DNA from: Mytilus galloprovincialis
Taxonomy: Eukaryota
Direction: 5' to 3'
DNA length: 64,000 bases
Assembly: GCF_965363235.1 (NCBI RefSeq)
Contig: NC_134847.1
Location: 69,846,935 to 69,910,934, forward strand
The translations under genes and the position numbers were made by a program. Every line of letters begins with the position of its first letter. Positions within the stretch are counted from its first letter, which is position 1. Below, one piece after another: positions 25,867 through 39,400 of this stretch. The notes under the pieces were generated by a model that was not told where the DNA came from, did no database searches, and was given only the letters and a program-made list of their open reading frames with translations.

Positions 25867-28800
25867 GGACGGATTTAGGAACTGAATAAAGAGTATTTTG
25901 ACCTGATAGATATTTTGCCCCAAATAAAAGACAGGATAACTGAATAATTTGCATTTGGATAACATTGGGTTTTTTTCATCGTAAACCTGTGCAATTTGCT
26001 TATTTACTAAATATTTTGTTTAGTATAAGTTCTTTTTCAAAATCTGTCAACATTCTTGTACAACTGACCTTTGAGGAAAATACGGATGTGTCATTATTTG
26101 AATTTTGGTGTCCTGCTTAGTGCCACGTAAGTTCTACTATTTGCAATAGACAAATAAGGAATAGGTCCGTTGATTTTCTTGAAAATTATGCTCAAAGTTC
26201 TAACATGACCTCAAACTGCATGACCCAACCCCAAAAATACCAAATATCGTATCAATATAAACATCTTTACAATTACACAAATCTTACAAATTTCTGTTTA
26301 GATAGAAAATATAATGTAGATTGATATAACAACACCTTTAGTTGTTGGTTTGATTTCAGATTTATCTTAATATTTTAAATGTATTTGATATTTGTTTGCT
26401 ATAATATAACTCATGAAACTCCTTTTGTATCTAGAAAGTGCCTATACTAAACTATAACTCTACCTATCATAATAATAATGGCTGCATAAATAAATAACTC
26501 TGTAATGGAATCAATATTTTTTTACATTTAAGTAGGTAGCGGTAAAATGTATTTTTTAACTGGTCCACTTGGAAACGGGATTTTTAATAAAGATTACAAT
26601 GGAACATCAAACACGTTCATATCTATATCATTATAATCAATGTTTTGCATTTACAGTGTTTGTGATGTCGAAATATCAGTGGTATTAACAAATGCCACAA
26701 AGTGTGAAGACGTCCACTACAAAACGATCAACTACAATACAATAGATCAATTTTTTATGCAGTTGGCATTCTTCTAATGTAGTTAATAATATCGTTTTAT
26801 AAGTGACAAAAGGCAAAAGTCAAGATCGTACGTTTAACATGTTATAACTTAAGTAATAAGAAAAGAGTAAATAAACTCATCATAGATACAAGGATTAAAA
26901 TTTTGTATTAACGCCTGACGCGCGTTTCGTCTACAAAAGATTCATCAGTGACTCTCGAATAAAAAAATTGAAAACGCCAAATAAAGTATGAAGTTTAAAA
27001 GCATTGAGGACCAACAATTCGTTAAAGTTTTTCCCAAATACAGTTAAGGTTATCTATTCTTGAGGTAGAAAAGCCTTAATATTAAATACTCAAAGTTTTG
27101 TAAACAGATAATTTATAATAATAACCATATCAATCATAATTTATGTCAACACTTAAGTGCTGACTCCTTGGCTGGTGATACCATCGGGGACTAAAAACTC
27201 CACCGATTTTTTAATAACTAAGGAACATGTCATCATTTGTCACTACAGAACATTGATATATCAACATAAATGCTATTGTAATGTAGTTGACAAATTTATG
27301 TTATCTCATTTTGCATTTGAAATTATCTTCGCACAAGACTGCATATTAAAGACTTTGTTCATATAAACTACTGTGAGTTCAGTAGAATATTAAAAATATA
27401 GTTTAACTAATACAAATGAACTATGAATGGATTTTGAAAACGACCCATTATTTATTTATTTGAAACAAAATATGGAAAGATGATTTCAATGCATATTATG
27501 TTTCTCCTTTTATATTCCCTTATTATTAAAATATAAATCCCCGAAAGAAAAGTTAATATGATTTTAGAACTTGATGCTTCAGAAATTTAACATTAAAGAT
27601 CAGAAATTTTGTTCTTCTGGTCCTACATAATTAAGGCTATGTTTTCATGCGAAAAATTTCATGTCAAAAGAAAAATGTTAACTTTACATTGGCAGCAGAG
27701 CTGGAAAGATCTCTAAAACAAGATACCGCTGTAAAGTCCATGTGAAACATTGTTACATTTTACTGATTGTTTTCAGGTTCTGTCCTCTATTATTAATATA
27801 AGTCATTATCGTTTGACGACTTTGTCAATAAAAATGTTGATTATTCAAAAGCATTAGACAGATAAAGAATACCTTCATATAAGTTGTTTATGGAATTCAT
27901 TAACGCAGAACTAGACGACCATAAGAATTTGGGGACACCAAAATTAATAAGATAAATAAGATAAATTCTGTCATAAAGATATTATGAAATGCATGTAAGC
28001 AACATACACATTTTCCATCTTAGCATTTAAACAATCACAAACATATCAAAGAATAAACCCACCTGATGTTGAAATGTAGTAAATAAAAATTTGAAATATG
28101 TAACATATTCTTTATTCTCAATATCATTTCGCAATGAATAAATCTGAATATAAAATACACAACAAAGTTTTGCAGTTTATTTCTAATGATATAATCTTTA
28201 TATGCTCTACAATTTCGACGTGTGGTGAACGACTCTTACAAAAAGAACCGCATGATAAAGAGTTTTGGAAAAGTGCCATCACGACATTTATCTTCACTTA
28301 CAATAAGTATAAATCTTTCCTTTTCGAGACAGTGAACCAAAAAAAAAAATGAATATCTTCTGTACTTTCGTTTAACCTATATCTTTGATATTATATATAC
28401 ACCATACTTACTGGAACACTACAGAATTCAATTTAACTTAGGCTCTTATCATTCATAATTTGGAAGGAGGATTTCGGTTGTTTTTTTTAGGAGAATGACT
28501 TCAATAAATACTAACTAACAAACAGGAACAGGTTATGTGTTTTGATATTCAATGATGTATTTCTCCCCTCAACCTTTTATGTGTAAGGGGGCTCGCGGGT
28601 CTAAATCAATTTTTTTTTTCTAATATAGGATTTCGCTATATTTTTCTATAAATGAACTTTATCTTATACCTAAAAGAAAAATAAAATAAAAAATTGGGGT
28701 CACCGTTCATTTACGCTCACAATCTGCATTCGAAAGAAGCATACATTTTTTGTAAAGGTACTTTTTTTCTGTAGAACTATTAGCAGAAATAGAGGTAATA

Positions 28801-29304
28801 TCGAAATAAAATGATAACCTAATTACAGAAATCGCTTAAATTTTACAATTATTTAGTTTATGTACAACTTATTTAAAAACAATAATAAAAAATTATAGGT
28901 CACCGATGTATTTCAATTTTATTGCCAAAAAATTGCATTTTTGGACCAAAGGCAGATAATTTGGAGCTTTTTCAATGATATAAACATTTTAAAAGTCATC
29001 TGGGGACAAACAGAATCGATTTTATTGGTTGATTTTTGTACCATATCATAAAGTAATAACTAATAGTGTAATACATAAAATTTGTAATGAAAAAATAAAT
29101 GTTTAATTTTTTGCTGAAAATTTTGTACCCGCGAGCCTCCTTAAATACAAAATATGCAAACAAATCCTTCTCATAACTGTATTGAAATGACATTGATAAT
29201 TAGATAGTAGCAATTATATTTCCAATGTCAAAGTTTTCCCGTTGGTAGATACAAACATAAATCATTCATTTGTGTATACCTAATATTTAAATTCATTAAT
29301 TATT

Positions 29305-29312
29305 CATGATTA
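29305..29312 (+). promoter_or_regulatory. TATA-like element (tgattataatact) about 80 bp upstream of the exon-1 ATG
   Basis: A TATAATA string sits in a suitable position for a core promoter of the PAN-mucin gene. AT-rich DNA contains many such strings by chance. Confidence 0.2.
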
Positions 29313-29388
29313 TAATACTACAGGTACGTGAGTGAGAATCTGCAAGAAATCTTGCAAAGACGATACGAATTTTTCGTAGAAATATTTA

Positions 29389-29718
29389 ATGATACCACAA
29401 AGTGCAAACATGTTTATAGTTAAATACGTTTTATTCTTTATAAATGTTTTCAGTCCGGCTCAAACTGAATCAAACATTTTTCGCATTCACCCAGATCGGC
29501 TTGATTCTAAACTGCAAGGATACATTTATTTAACATTTGAGAAAATATCACCGAGGTTGTGCTTTAACAAATGTATACGACGACCTAACTGTCACTCGTA
29601 CAACTATAATAAATCTTTACTGACATGTGAACTAAATAACAAGCCAAAATCTGTATCTTCTGATGATTTCTTTTTTCAGAATGGATATGTGTATGTTGAA
29701 ATTGAACAGTACAGAGGG
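29389..29718 (+). CDS. Exon 1 of secreted PAN/apple-EGF-mucin gene: signal peptide plus PAN/apple-like domain
   Basis: The ORF-track ORF 29389-29739 has alternative Met codons at 29389 and 29410, followed by a hydrophobic N-terminus (FIVKYVLFFINVFSPA|QTE) typical of a signal peptide. A 4-Cys motif follows (LCFNKCIRRPNCHSYNYNKSLLTCEL) that matches the PAN/apple core pattern C-x3-C-x5-C...C-x-L. The ORF track shows the frame running 6 codons past a consensus GTATGT donor placed directly after codon GGG at 29718, so the exon ends in phase 0 and is phase-compatible with exon 2. Confidence 0.6.
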
Positions 29719-30448
29719 GTATGTAAAAAATTCATATAATAAGGAAAATAATATCTTTTTTGACTAACGTTTTCGATTTATTGTATTATTCTGAACGAAA
29801 TATAAGTTTTGAGCATTGTCCGTGATTCGTAAAGACAGAAATATAATTAGAAAAATAATATGTTCTTAACTTATTATCAGCCTTCAATCATATCAATTAT
29901 AACGTAAATAGGTTAATTTTGTGGTGATTGCTGGGTTCGTGTTGTTGCTTTGTCTTCTTTGTTTTCTTTGTTGTGTCTTGTGTACTATTACTTGTCTGTT
30001 TGTCTTTTTCTTTTTCAGCCACGGAGTTGTAATTTTATTTTCGATCTATGAATGTGACTGTCCCTCTGGTATCTTTCGCCACTCTTTTAGAACAAAACAT
30101 CTAAATACCGTGGTGCAGAAATATAGTTTGTCATGTTAAAATAGTAAAATTGATTCATTTGACCTAAAACGATAACATTACACATAGTTATGGTAAAACA
30201 TTTATCAAAATCTTCACCCAAAAAATACTTTACCTACTGCAACATCGTTTCAGATAATTGTAAACAATGCTGTTGAGCAAAGGATATATAAATGACAAAA
30301 ATCAAACATAGATATTCAGCCCCTTTCTACAATTTAGTCAGACGTCAGTCGCTACCCTAATACACCCTATCGTTTCGGGGTAATTAATACGGATAGCGTT
30401 TGACATCTTTAGCCGTACAGATTTATCATTTTTACATAACCTAATTCA

Positions 30449-33210
30449 TTGTATGCTGGTTCATATTCTGGACACCAGTCTTTGCTCCTTTCTAATATAA
30501 TTCACAAACAAAAAACAAATATGAAGCTTAGAAATGGAAAAATATTAAATACTAAACTCGTTCAAAGGGTATCTACACGTCTCAATCTTGAAAATCGCTT
30601 ATATAAAAGTACAACCATCGCTAATATTTTTAACAATAAAAATCTTGGTTACCCTTCTATTGATAAGTATCGTTTTAAAAGACCCAATAAATTCAAAAGT
30701 ATCATTTATCAACACCTTAAGAAGCACAATCATCCTATTAAATATTTAGCAGTTCAACCTTTGGAAGTAGTAAATAAGCAGCCTGGTGAATCTCATTCAA
30801 AGTTTGTACGATCACGGAAAATAATTGAATTAAAAAATTACAGATAGTCTACCCTCTCTGTCTTATTGATAATATCATGGGAATTGGCAATATATCAAGA
30901 ACCGATTCTGTTAACATTTTGGATATTGTTTCTAAAACTGTTCGAAAAAAACCGCTCTCATGGTCGTAGAAAAAATCGCAATCAAAGAAAACTTCGGACA
31001 AATCATACCAATATTTCGGACCTAATTTCTATTTCAAAAAACAACGGCAGACATTATCTGTTAACTAAGCTCTGTTCGTTACCGATTAATAAGTTAAATA
31101 TAATTCTAAACTGTCCTAAAATTGATCGTCCTGAAGATCATAAAAAACATTTTATTAAAATAAAGTATGTCAATAAAGGTTTTGATTTTGCTAATATTGC
31201 TGGTATTTTTAACGACCATTCTGTTAAAGAACAAATTCCTGGATATTTTGATAATACTGAGCTCCCTCTTATTTGTTATATTTACAAGAAATCTACCCGG
31301 AAATTTGTGTTTAATTATAGCCAATTGTGTAAAGATGTTAATATCAGTGAAAATACACCTACTTCATGTAATTGCAGTAATTCCAAATACATTTATGCAC
31401 CCATTTCCCATGTTATAACAGGAGATCTTAACATCGTTCAAGACCGAGAGTTGAAATCATTCCTCAGTAAAGGACCTAAATATCGTCCCCCTTCAACTAT
31501 TAATTGGAATGAGTGTCGTGATATCATCCACGACTCACTCCGTACTTACTGTTTGAAATGGATAAAACGGGAAAAAGCTGACAAAAAATCTTTGGACTCT
31601 TTTTTTAATTCAGTAATAAACATTGTTAATATACGTATTCAACATTTTAAAGAACATTTTACTCTTAACAATAACCACAATAAACCTATTACTCGTATCA
31701 AACATAAACTAAAAGAATTTGTTTTTGTCCCGGCCGATAAAGCTGCTAATAATATTATTATTGTTTGACGTAAATTTTACATTGAGGTTCTACAAAAAGA
31801 AATCACCAATTCAACAATATTCCAACTGACTCCATTTTCAGAAAACGACATCTGTAACAAACATAAACTTTTAGCTACTGCTTTACAAACAGAACCAAAA
31901 ACAATGAAAGTCCCAACTATGTATTTGCTTCCGAAACTACACAAAACACCTTACAAATATAGATTTATTTCGTCTTCAAGCCATTGTTCCACTACTAAAT
32001 TATCTATTCTTCTTACCAGTACACTTGGTACAATCAAAAACCTGATAATAAATTGTTCAAATAAGGCCTTCGAAAATAGTGGAATTAATTACTTTTGGAG
32101 TGTCAAAAACTCGTTGGAAGTACTTGATAAATTGCATGCTTATATTGGTGATTTTGAATCTGTTCAAAGTTTTAATTTTTCTACCCTATATACCACATTG
32201 CCTCACATTCTCATTAAGAAAAAATTCACACACCTAATTAAATGGGCATTTAAAAAGTCAGAATGTGAATATATATGTTCAAACTCTTTTAGGTCATTTT
32301 TTAGTAGCAATAAACAAAAAAACTATGTCAATTGGACATGCTTTGATACTATATCTGCTCTTGAATTTTTACTAGATAACTTTTTTGTTCGCTTTGCAGA
32401 TTCCGTATATCGTCAGGTTATCGGAATTCCAATGGGGACTAACTGTGCACCACTTTTTGCGGACCTGTTTTTGTATTGCTATGAGTTACAATATATGACA
32501 AAAATCAGCAAAGACCCATCGAAACATTTCTGATACACAAATTTAATAATACTTTTAGATATTTGGATGATATTTAAGCTCTCAATAATGACGACTTAAG
32601 TATGTAAACTAAAGAAATTTATCCTGTTGAACTTACTTTAAATAAAGCTAATGCTAACAATGACCACTGCCCTTACCTCGATCTTGATATATATATCATT
32701 AACGGAAAGTTTAATACTAAAATTTATGATAAAAGAGATGATTTCTCATTTCCTATCGTTAATTATCCATTTTTAGATGGTGACGTTCCCTTGTCACCAT
32801 CTTACGGTGTTTATATATCTCAACTTGTACGATTCGCTCGTGTATGTAACAATGTTGTAGATTTTAACGATAGAAATTTATGTATTACTGAAAAATTATT
32901 ACACCAGGGTTTTCGATATCACAAACTAGTCAAAACATTTACTAAATTTTATCATCGGTATAAGGACATCATTCGTAAATATAGCTCAACATGCAGATTT
33001 CTTATACGTTCAGGTATTTCACATCCAATATTTTATGGAAATATTCTTTATAAAGCACAAAAATGTCAGTATTCACCTCAGAAGCTAACAAAACCTTTAA
33101 ATAGACTTATTAAGAAGGGATATAGTTACGATACTGTTGTCAGGTCATTAAAGATTGCATATTTTGGCGTTAATATTGATTCACTTATAGGGTCTTTGCA
33201 TCGGAACTAA
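30449..33210 (+). mobile_element. Degenerate RT-bearing retroelement (unclassified) inside intron 1
   Basis: Consecutive plus-strand ORFs 30449-30847, 30866-31768, 31904-32533 and 32791-33210 are broken by frameshifts and stops. Reverse-transcriptase motifs are present (VIGIPMGTNCAPLFADLFLY; out-of-frame FRYLDDI at about 32553-32573). A conserved C-terminal region (ISHPIFYGNILYKAQKCQYSPQKL) is also present. Confidence 0.6.
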
Positions 33211-34291
33211 ACACATTTATTATTAATAAACCAGTTGTTGGCATGACACGGGTTATGTTCTTCTCATATTTGTTATGATGATTTGAGACTAAACCCCTCA
33301 GGGGGGGATTGTGCCTGATATTCATATGATGAAGACATAATTTTTCAATCAGTTTAATTGAGGTCCGGAGCTGGCATATCAGTTAACTGCTAGTAGTCTG
33401 ATGTTATTTATGTATTATTGTCATTTGTTTTATTTTGTTTATTGTTTATTTTCTTTGGTTACATCTTCTGACATCAGACTCGGACTTCTCTTGAACTGAA
33501 TTTTAATGTGCGTATTGTTATGCGTTTACTTTTCTGCATTGGCTAGAGGTATAGGGGAGGGTTGAGATTTCACAAACATGTTTAACCCCGCCACATTTTT
33601 GTGCCTGTCCCAAGTCAGGAGCCTCTGGCCTTTGTTAGTCTTGTATTATTTTAACTTTAGTTTCTTGTGTACAATTTGGAGTTTAGTATGGGGTTCATTA
33701 TCACTGAACCAGTATATATTTGTTTAGGGGCCAGCTGAAGGACGCCTCCGGGTGCGAGAATTTCTCGTTGCATTGAAGACCTGTTGATGACCTTCTGCTG
33801 TTGACTGCTCTATGGTTGGGTTGTTGTCTCTTTGGCACATTCCCCATTTCCATTCTCAATTTTATGTTCGTATTTCTTATTTTCTTAGACGTCAGGAGTT
33901 TGGAGACATATAACCAATGGAAAATTTGAACATGATAAATAGTGGTTTCGTACAGATTTAATATAATTTGAGTCATCTTTACCAGTCCTATTGATGTGCT
34001 TTGGTACATATGATACTTTTTTTAAAATCTTAGATACTGTGGATTCATTAATGTTCGTGGATTGCGTGGATTCACGAAATACAAATTTTCTATAAGGTAA
34101 TATTCAGATTTAGGCAAAACCACGAAATCAAATATCTACGAACATGCAAGTTTTCCTCAATCCACGAAAATTGGTATCCACAAAAATAAATGAATTCACA
34201 GTATTGGCCTTGTTTGTTCCTGTTGAAGATCATTCAAGACACCAATGCATTTAAATCGGTATTATATACTATGCACTCATGATCCTATCTC

Positions 34292-34403
34292 AACATTTTA
34301 GGACCCTCTACTGGATCCATGTCATAGAAAACCCTGCAAGTCAGCAGAGATTTGTGAAATAAAACTGGATGGAAACACATTTTGTGTAAAAGATAATAAG
34401 TAC
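34292..34403 (+). CDS. Exon 2: small EGF-like cysteine module (DPCHRKPCKSAEICEIKLDGNTFCVKDNKYIIK)
   Basis: The 112 nt exon is preceded by a polypyrimidine tract and ttttAG acceptor and is followed by a GTAAAT donor. It opens in phase 0 with a DPC..KPC..C..C spacing typical of the N-terminal half of an EGF-like domain. It ends with 1 extra nt, which exactly complements the phase-2 start of the mucin exon at 36418. The coordinates were hand-counted (±1). Confidence 0.5.
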
Positions 34404-35579
34404 ATAATTAAAGGTAAATGTATCGTTGATTGTCGGAAATATCTGAAATATTTGTAAGATTTCTGTTTTGTGTATGATTAAATAGATATTTTGTTGTAAT
34501 GAAAATTAAAAAGGAGCGGGAAAGTTAGGTGGAATCATTCTTTCCTTGATTTAAATGCATACTAAACAAAAGAGTTAATGTAATTATCTTTTTTAAGAAA
34601 CAATGACTATAAAGGTAAAAGGGTTTTGAAATAAAGACAATACGATTAGTAATTTTAATATTTAATGATAAAGTTTTATCATTGTAATTTAATGATTATA
34701 CATTTTGGCATAGTATTGGCTAACCTATTATGTTCAATAGGAACAAACATTTAATGTATTTGCCAAATCAAACAGAGAATTAAAACAAAGGAGTAGATTC
34801 AATTGGACCCTCTTTTGGCCCCAAAATATAGCAGTTTTACAAAATTGTTAAAATGTAGACTTTTAGTTATTAATTGGATTGTAAATTTCTTCTGCTACAT
34901 AAACATGTGCTGTTTTTGACATTACAATGCACATATATCGGGTATAAACATCATTAAGTCATGCTAAATTACTGAAATCTTAACTTTTTTTGTTTTTTAG
35001 TTAAATTTTAGAAGGTTTTCGTCTTAAATGAAAGTGGCCGCATTTGTGTTCATTCTTAATATTGAAATGTAAGTTGTATTTGATGATAATACATAACATA
35101 TATAAACGTTTGGGATGAACACTGATGCTGCCACTTTCATTTAAGACGAAATCCTTTGATAAAAACTATCAGAAAAGTGACATTTTTGTGCATAGATTTT
35201 TCCTATTTAAGCTTGAATTGTTTGAGCGTTTTTAATGAGTAAATAGGTCGAAATAGTTCACATATACTTATTGAATCAACTGAAATAGATACTTAAGTTT
35301 TAAAAAGTGTACAAAATCTTTCGTCAGATGAACCTGAAATTTGAGGCTAAAACCAGCCCTCATCGGACCTACTCCTTTGATAATTTCATCCATGGAATAT
35401 ACATAAATTGTAATTTCAATCAATCTGAATTCCGAAATGACATGTTGCCTGCAAACGCCGTGTCTGAAATGTGATGAAATTCCAATAACGTTGTGAACGC
35501 CTTTGACACATCTTGATGCAGCATGATGCAACAAAAAAAGTAGTGTGAGGAAATAAACCGAACTCCAATCAAATTCAAA

Positions 35580-35720
35580 TCGGAAAATCCCTTATCAAAT
35601 GGCAAATTAAAAGCGTAAATACTTCAAACGAACGAATGGAAAAAAGCAGTCATATTCATGACTTGGTACATAAATTTTCTTATGTAGAAAATGGTGGATT
35701 AAACCTGATTTTATAACTAG
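35580..35720 (+). repeat. Family 1 dispersed repeat copy (3' portion), in intron 2
   Basis: It contains 'aaatggcaaattaaaagcgtaaatacttcaaacgaacgaatggaaaaaagcagtcatattcatgacttggtacataaattttcttatgtagaaaatggtggattaaacctgattttata'. Confidence 0.65.
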
Positions 35721-35991
35721 CTTTTCCTCCCTTTTGTGTGACCATCGCATAAAATGTCTTTATATTGACAACAATATGTGAACAAAAGCTGTCATTATTT
35801 TGTTAAAATCTTATTTACTATCAAAATGAACAACTATGCCAACAACTAAAAATAACATGGCATCTATAGACAAAGTACATGAGCCAAAATGGAAGACAGG
35901 AATACACAAATTGGTCACAGAACAATAAACAAATGGCGGGATATATGAATACCGAGGCACGCGAAAAAAAAAATCACTGAAAATGTACTAA

Positions 35992-36287
35992 GGGAGCTAC
36001 CATTTGATTTTTATGGGGGCTAGGATGAAATTTGAAAAAAATAGGCAGAACAGGAGTTTTGAGTAAAAAAAAAAGGCAGGATGTGACACTTGCAAAAAAA
36101 AAAGTCAGGACGACAATTTAGGTAAAAAAAAGTCAGGATAAACTTTAAAAAAAAGGCAGGACCGATTAGAGTGAAAACTAAAGAGGCAGGACAGAGATTA
36201 CAGCTAACAAAAAATGCAGGACAAAATGTTTCATCCTAGCACCCCCCCCCCCCCCCCCCCCCCCATAAAAATCAAATGGTAGCTCCC
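35992..36287. mobile_element. 296 bp MITE-like hairpin element in intron 2, with 28 bp perfect TIRs, an internal 22-25 bp tandem repeat, a C23 tract and TAA TSD
   Basis: The left TIR is GGGAGCTACCATTTGATTTTTATGGGGG (35992-36019) and the right (36260-36287) is its exact inverse complement. It is flanked by TAA on both sides. The interior holds seven (A)6-10 GGCAGGA/GTCAGGA repeats followed by a poly-C run at 36242-36264. Confidence 0.7.
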
Positions 36288-36417
36288 TAAACAGTAAATG
36301 GAATAATATTCATATACAAATAAAAGAACACGTCGCAAAACATTGAAATTGAACGTTTTAAATTCGAGTACGATCCAGATTTGGATGAATAATGACGTCT
36401 CGTTTTCTCTTTTTCAG

Positions 36418-39400
36418 AACCAACTTCCACTACAAAATCGGTTAAAACAACAACAAACGACAATACAAACATTCGAAATACTGGCACTTCAGAAGCGCAA
36501 ACAAAAACAATGGCCTCCATTTCTCAGACGATTGGCACAGCCACAAAAAGCACAGAACTTACCTCCATATATATTAATGTTGGCACAACCACTAAGACTG
36601 TTGTTACTACCGCCGAGAAACATTTGACCAAAACCGAATTTGAAACTACCGTATATGACAATCATGGACCAACATCTGACGAAACATCTCACACAGCAGC
36701 AACGAGATTGCTAAAAACCACCGCTAATCAAGTTTCGAATTATACGATCACTAATGATAAACCGAAGTTGACGACAGAAACTGTGACTGGCTCAGAAACC
36801 CGAACAAAAACACCGGTGCACGTCTCTATCACTCATACTATTGGCACTACAACATATGATACGACTATGACAGGCACATCAACTAGTGATGCTACTATCA
36901 CATCCGCAAAAACCATCACACCTACCTCTTTATCGAATACTGTTGGAACTACAACGAACACAGTTGGTACTACCGAAGAACACCCGTTGATTAACACCAA
37001 AGGTACAACTGCTGTCTCTGAGACTCATGGACCATCATCTAACGAAAAAACTCACGCATCAGCAACAATCTTGTTAGAGACAGCCTCGGATCAAAGATCG
37101 ATCTTTCCAATTACTAATAATAAACCGACAGAAATGAAAGACACTAAAACTAGATCAGCAACACCACCATTCATTTCTAACACTCAGACGATTGGCACTG
37201 TAACAGACGTAGCACCTAGTGAAGCTACAGCTGCAAAAACTACAAAGCTAACCTCTATGTCTAAGATTATTACAACTACCGCTGAAATTACATTGACAAA
37301 CCCCGAGAGTACAACTGTCTCCGAGACTCACACAGCAGCATCAAAATTACTGAAGACAACTGCTGGTCAATCTTCGAACTTTCCGACGTCTTATGATAAA
37401 CAGGAGGAAACGACGGACACTATAGCTAGCTCAGTAACGCCAACGAAAACACCAGCATACATGTCTCACACTCAAACGATTGGCTTTACAACAGACGATA
37501 GTACTTTGACAGACGCAATAACTGATGAAGATACGGTCACAGCCGAAGATTCCGTAAAACGCAGTTCTATATCGTATAATGTTGGCACTACCACTCACAC
37601 TGTTGGTACTTCTGCCGAAAAGCCGATAAACACCGAAGGTACACCTGTTGTTGAGAATCATGGGTCAAAATCTGAAGAAACAACTCACACAGCAGCATCA
37701 ACCTTGATAAAGACAACCATTGATCAATATTCAACCTTTCCACATACTAATCTAAAACATAAAGAGATGACAGATACTATATCTAGCTCATCAACGCCAA
37801 CGAAAACACCGGCATCCATGTCTAATACTATGACGATTGGCACTAGAACAGATGACACAATTATGACAGTCGCAACAACTGATGAAGCTTCTGTCACAGC
37901 TGCAAAAATCATTGAAATTACCTCGATATCAAATACTGTTGGCGTTACCACTAGGACTGTTGGTACTACCGGAGAAAACTCGTTGATGAGCATAGAAGGT
38001 CCAACTACTATCTCTGAAACTCACGAATCATCATCTGACAAAACAGATGACACAGCAGCAACAATATTGTTAGGGACAAGCGATGTCGCCTGGGTCTCTC
38101 TGACTACTTCTTATAATCCGAATGAAATGCTAGACACTATGGCCAGCTCAAAACCGACAACTAAAACACCGGCATTAATGTCAAACAGTCAAACCATTAG
38201 CATTAAAACTGATAACATGACTGTGACAGCTACTGACACAACACAAAAAAACATCGAACTTACCTCCATATCTTATACTGTTGGTATTTCCACTAACACT
38301 ATCGGTTCTCAGTTGCCAAAAACCAATGGTACAACTGTCTCTGAGATAGATAGGCCATCATTTCACAAAACCAATAACACAACCTTGCTAGAAACTACTG
38401 CTGATCAAGCTTCGCATTCTCCAAGTACTGATGATCAAACAACGAAAACTTGGGACTCAATAGCGAGCACAGCAAATACAGAGAAAACACCGGCATTCAT
38501 TTCTGACACTGAGGCTATTGGCACTATAACAAATGATACGACTGTGACACACACAACAACTGATGAAGATACTGTCACAACTGCCAATATAACCTCAATA
38601 TCTACTTATATTGCCATTACTAATAAGACTGTTGGCATTATTACAGAAAAACGGTTAACAGACACAAAAGGTACAATTTCTGCCTCCGGGACTATTGGAC
38701 CAACATCTGACGAAACCACTCATACCGCAGTCACATTGCTAGGGACCACCGCTGTTCAATTGACAGTCTCTCCAATTACTAATGATAAACCGACAGAAAC
38801 CATAGCTAGCTTGGAAACGCCAACAAAAAAGTCTACGTCCATATCTGACACTCATACGATCGGCTTAACAACAGATGATACGACGATGACAGACACAACA
38901 ACTAGTGAAGCTACTGTATCAGCCGCAAAAAATATCCAACTTACCTCGATATCTAATACTGCTGGCATAACCACAAGCATCATTGGTACTACCACCGATA
39001 AACATTTGACAAACGCAGATGGAACAACTACTCTTTCTGAGACTTATGAACCAACATATGACGAAACAACTTACACAGCACCAACAACTTTGCTAAAGAC
39101 TACCACTGATACAGCTTCGGTCACTTCGAATACTAATGACAAATTGACAGAAAATACGGAAACCAAAGCTAGATCAGAAACGCCAACAAAAACGTTTACA
39201 CCCATATCTAACACCCAGACGATCAGCTTAACAACAGATGATACTACAATGACAGACACAACATCTAGTGACGCTACTGACACAGTCACAAAAACTATCC
39301 AACTTACCTCGATATCTAATACTGCTGGCATAACCACTAGGACCATTGGTACTATCACCGATAAATATTTGACAAACACAGAAGGTACAACTACTGTTTC

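Larger units (their letters stand above)
21352..27085 (+). repeat. Segmental duplication copy A (direct repeat of 49857-58213)
   Basis: Long near-identical stretches run collinear with copy B: 21352-23460 matches 49857-51480, 23460-25530 matches 51480-53290 (and again 53290-54688), 25530-26340 matches 56097-56900, and 26340-27085 matches 57590-58213. Confidence 0.85.

Noticed and set aside
29323-29332. Perfect splice-donor consensus CAG|GTACGTGAGT about 60 bp upstream of the exon-1 ATG
   Set aside because: No upstream exon or matching acceptor could be identified. A donor here would conflict with the simplest model, a TATA-like element at about 29305 and transcription starting near 29340. 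It is kept only as a caveat: a 5' non-coding exon cannot be excluded without RNA data.
36343-36627. 94-aa ORF overlapping the intron 2 / exon 3 boundary, which begins at a TTG alternative start
   Set aside because: It is in a different frame from the long mucin ORF, and the ORF caller used a non-ATG start. The long frame with the upstream acceptor explains the region better.
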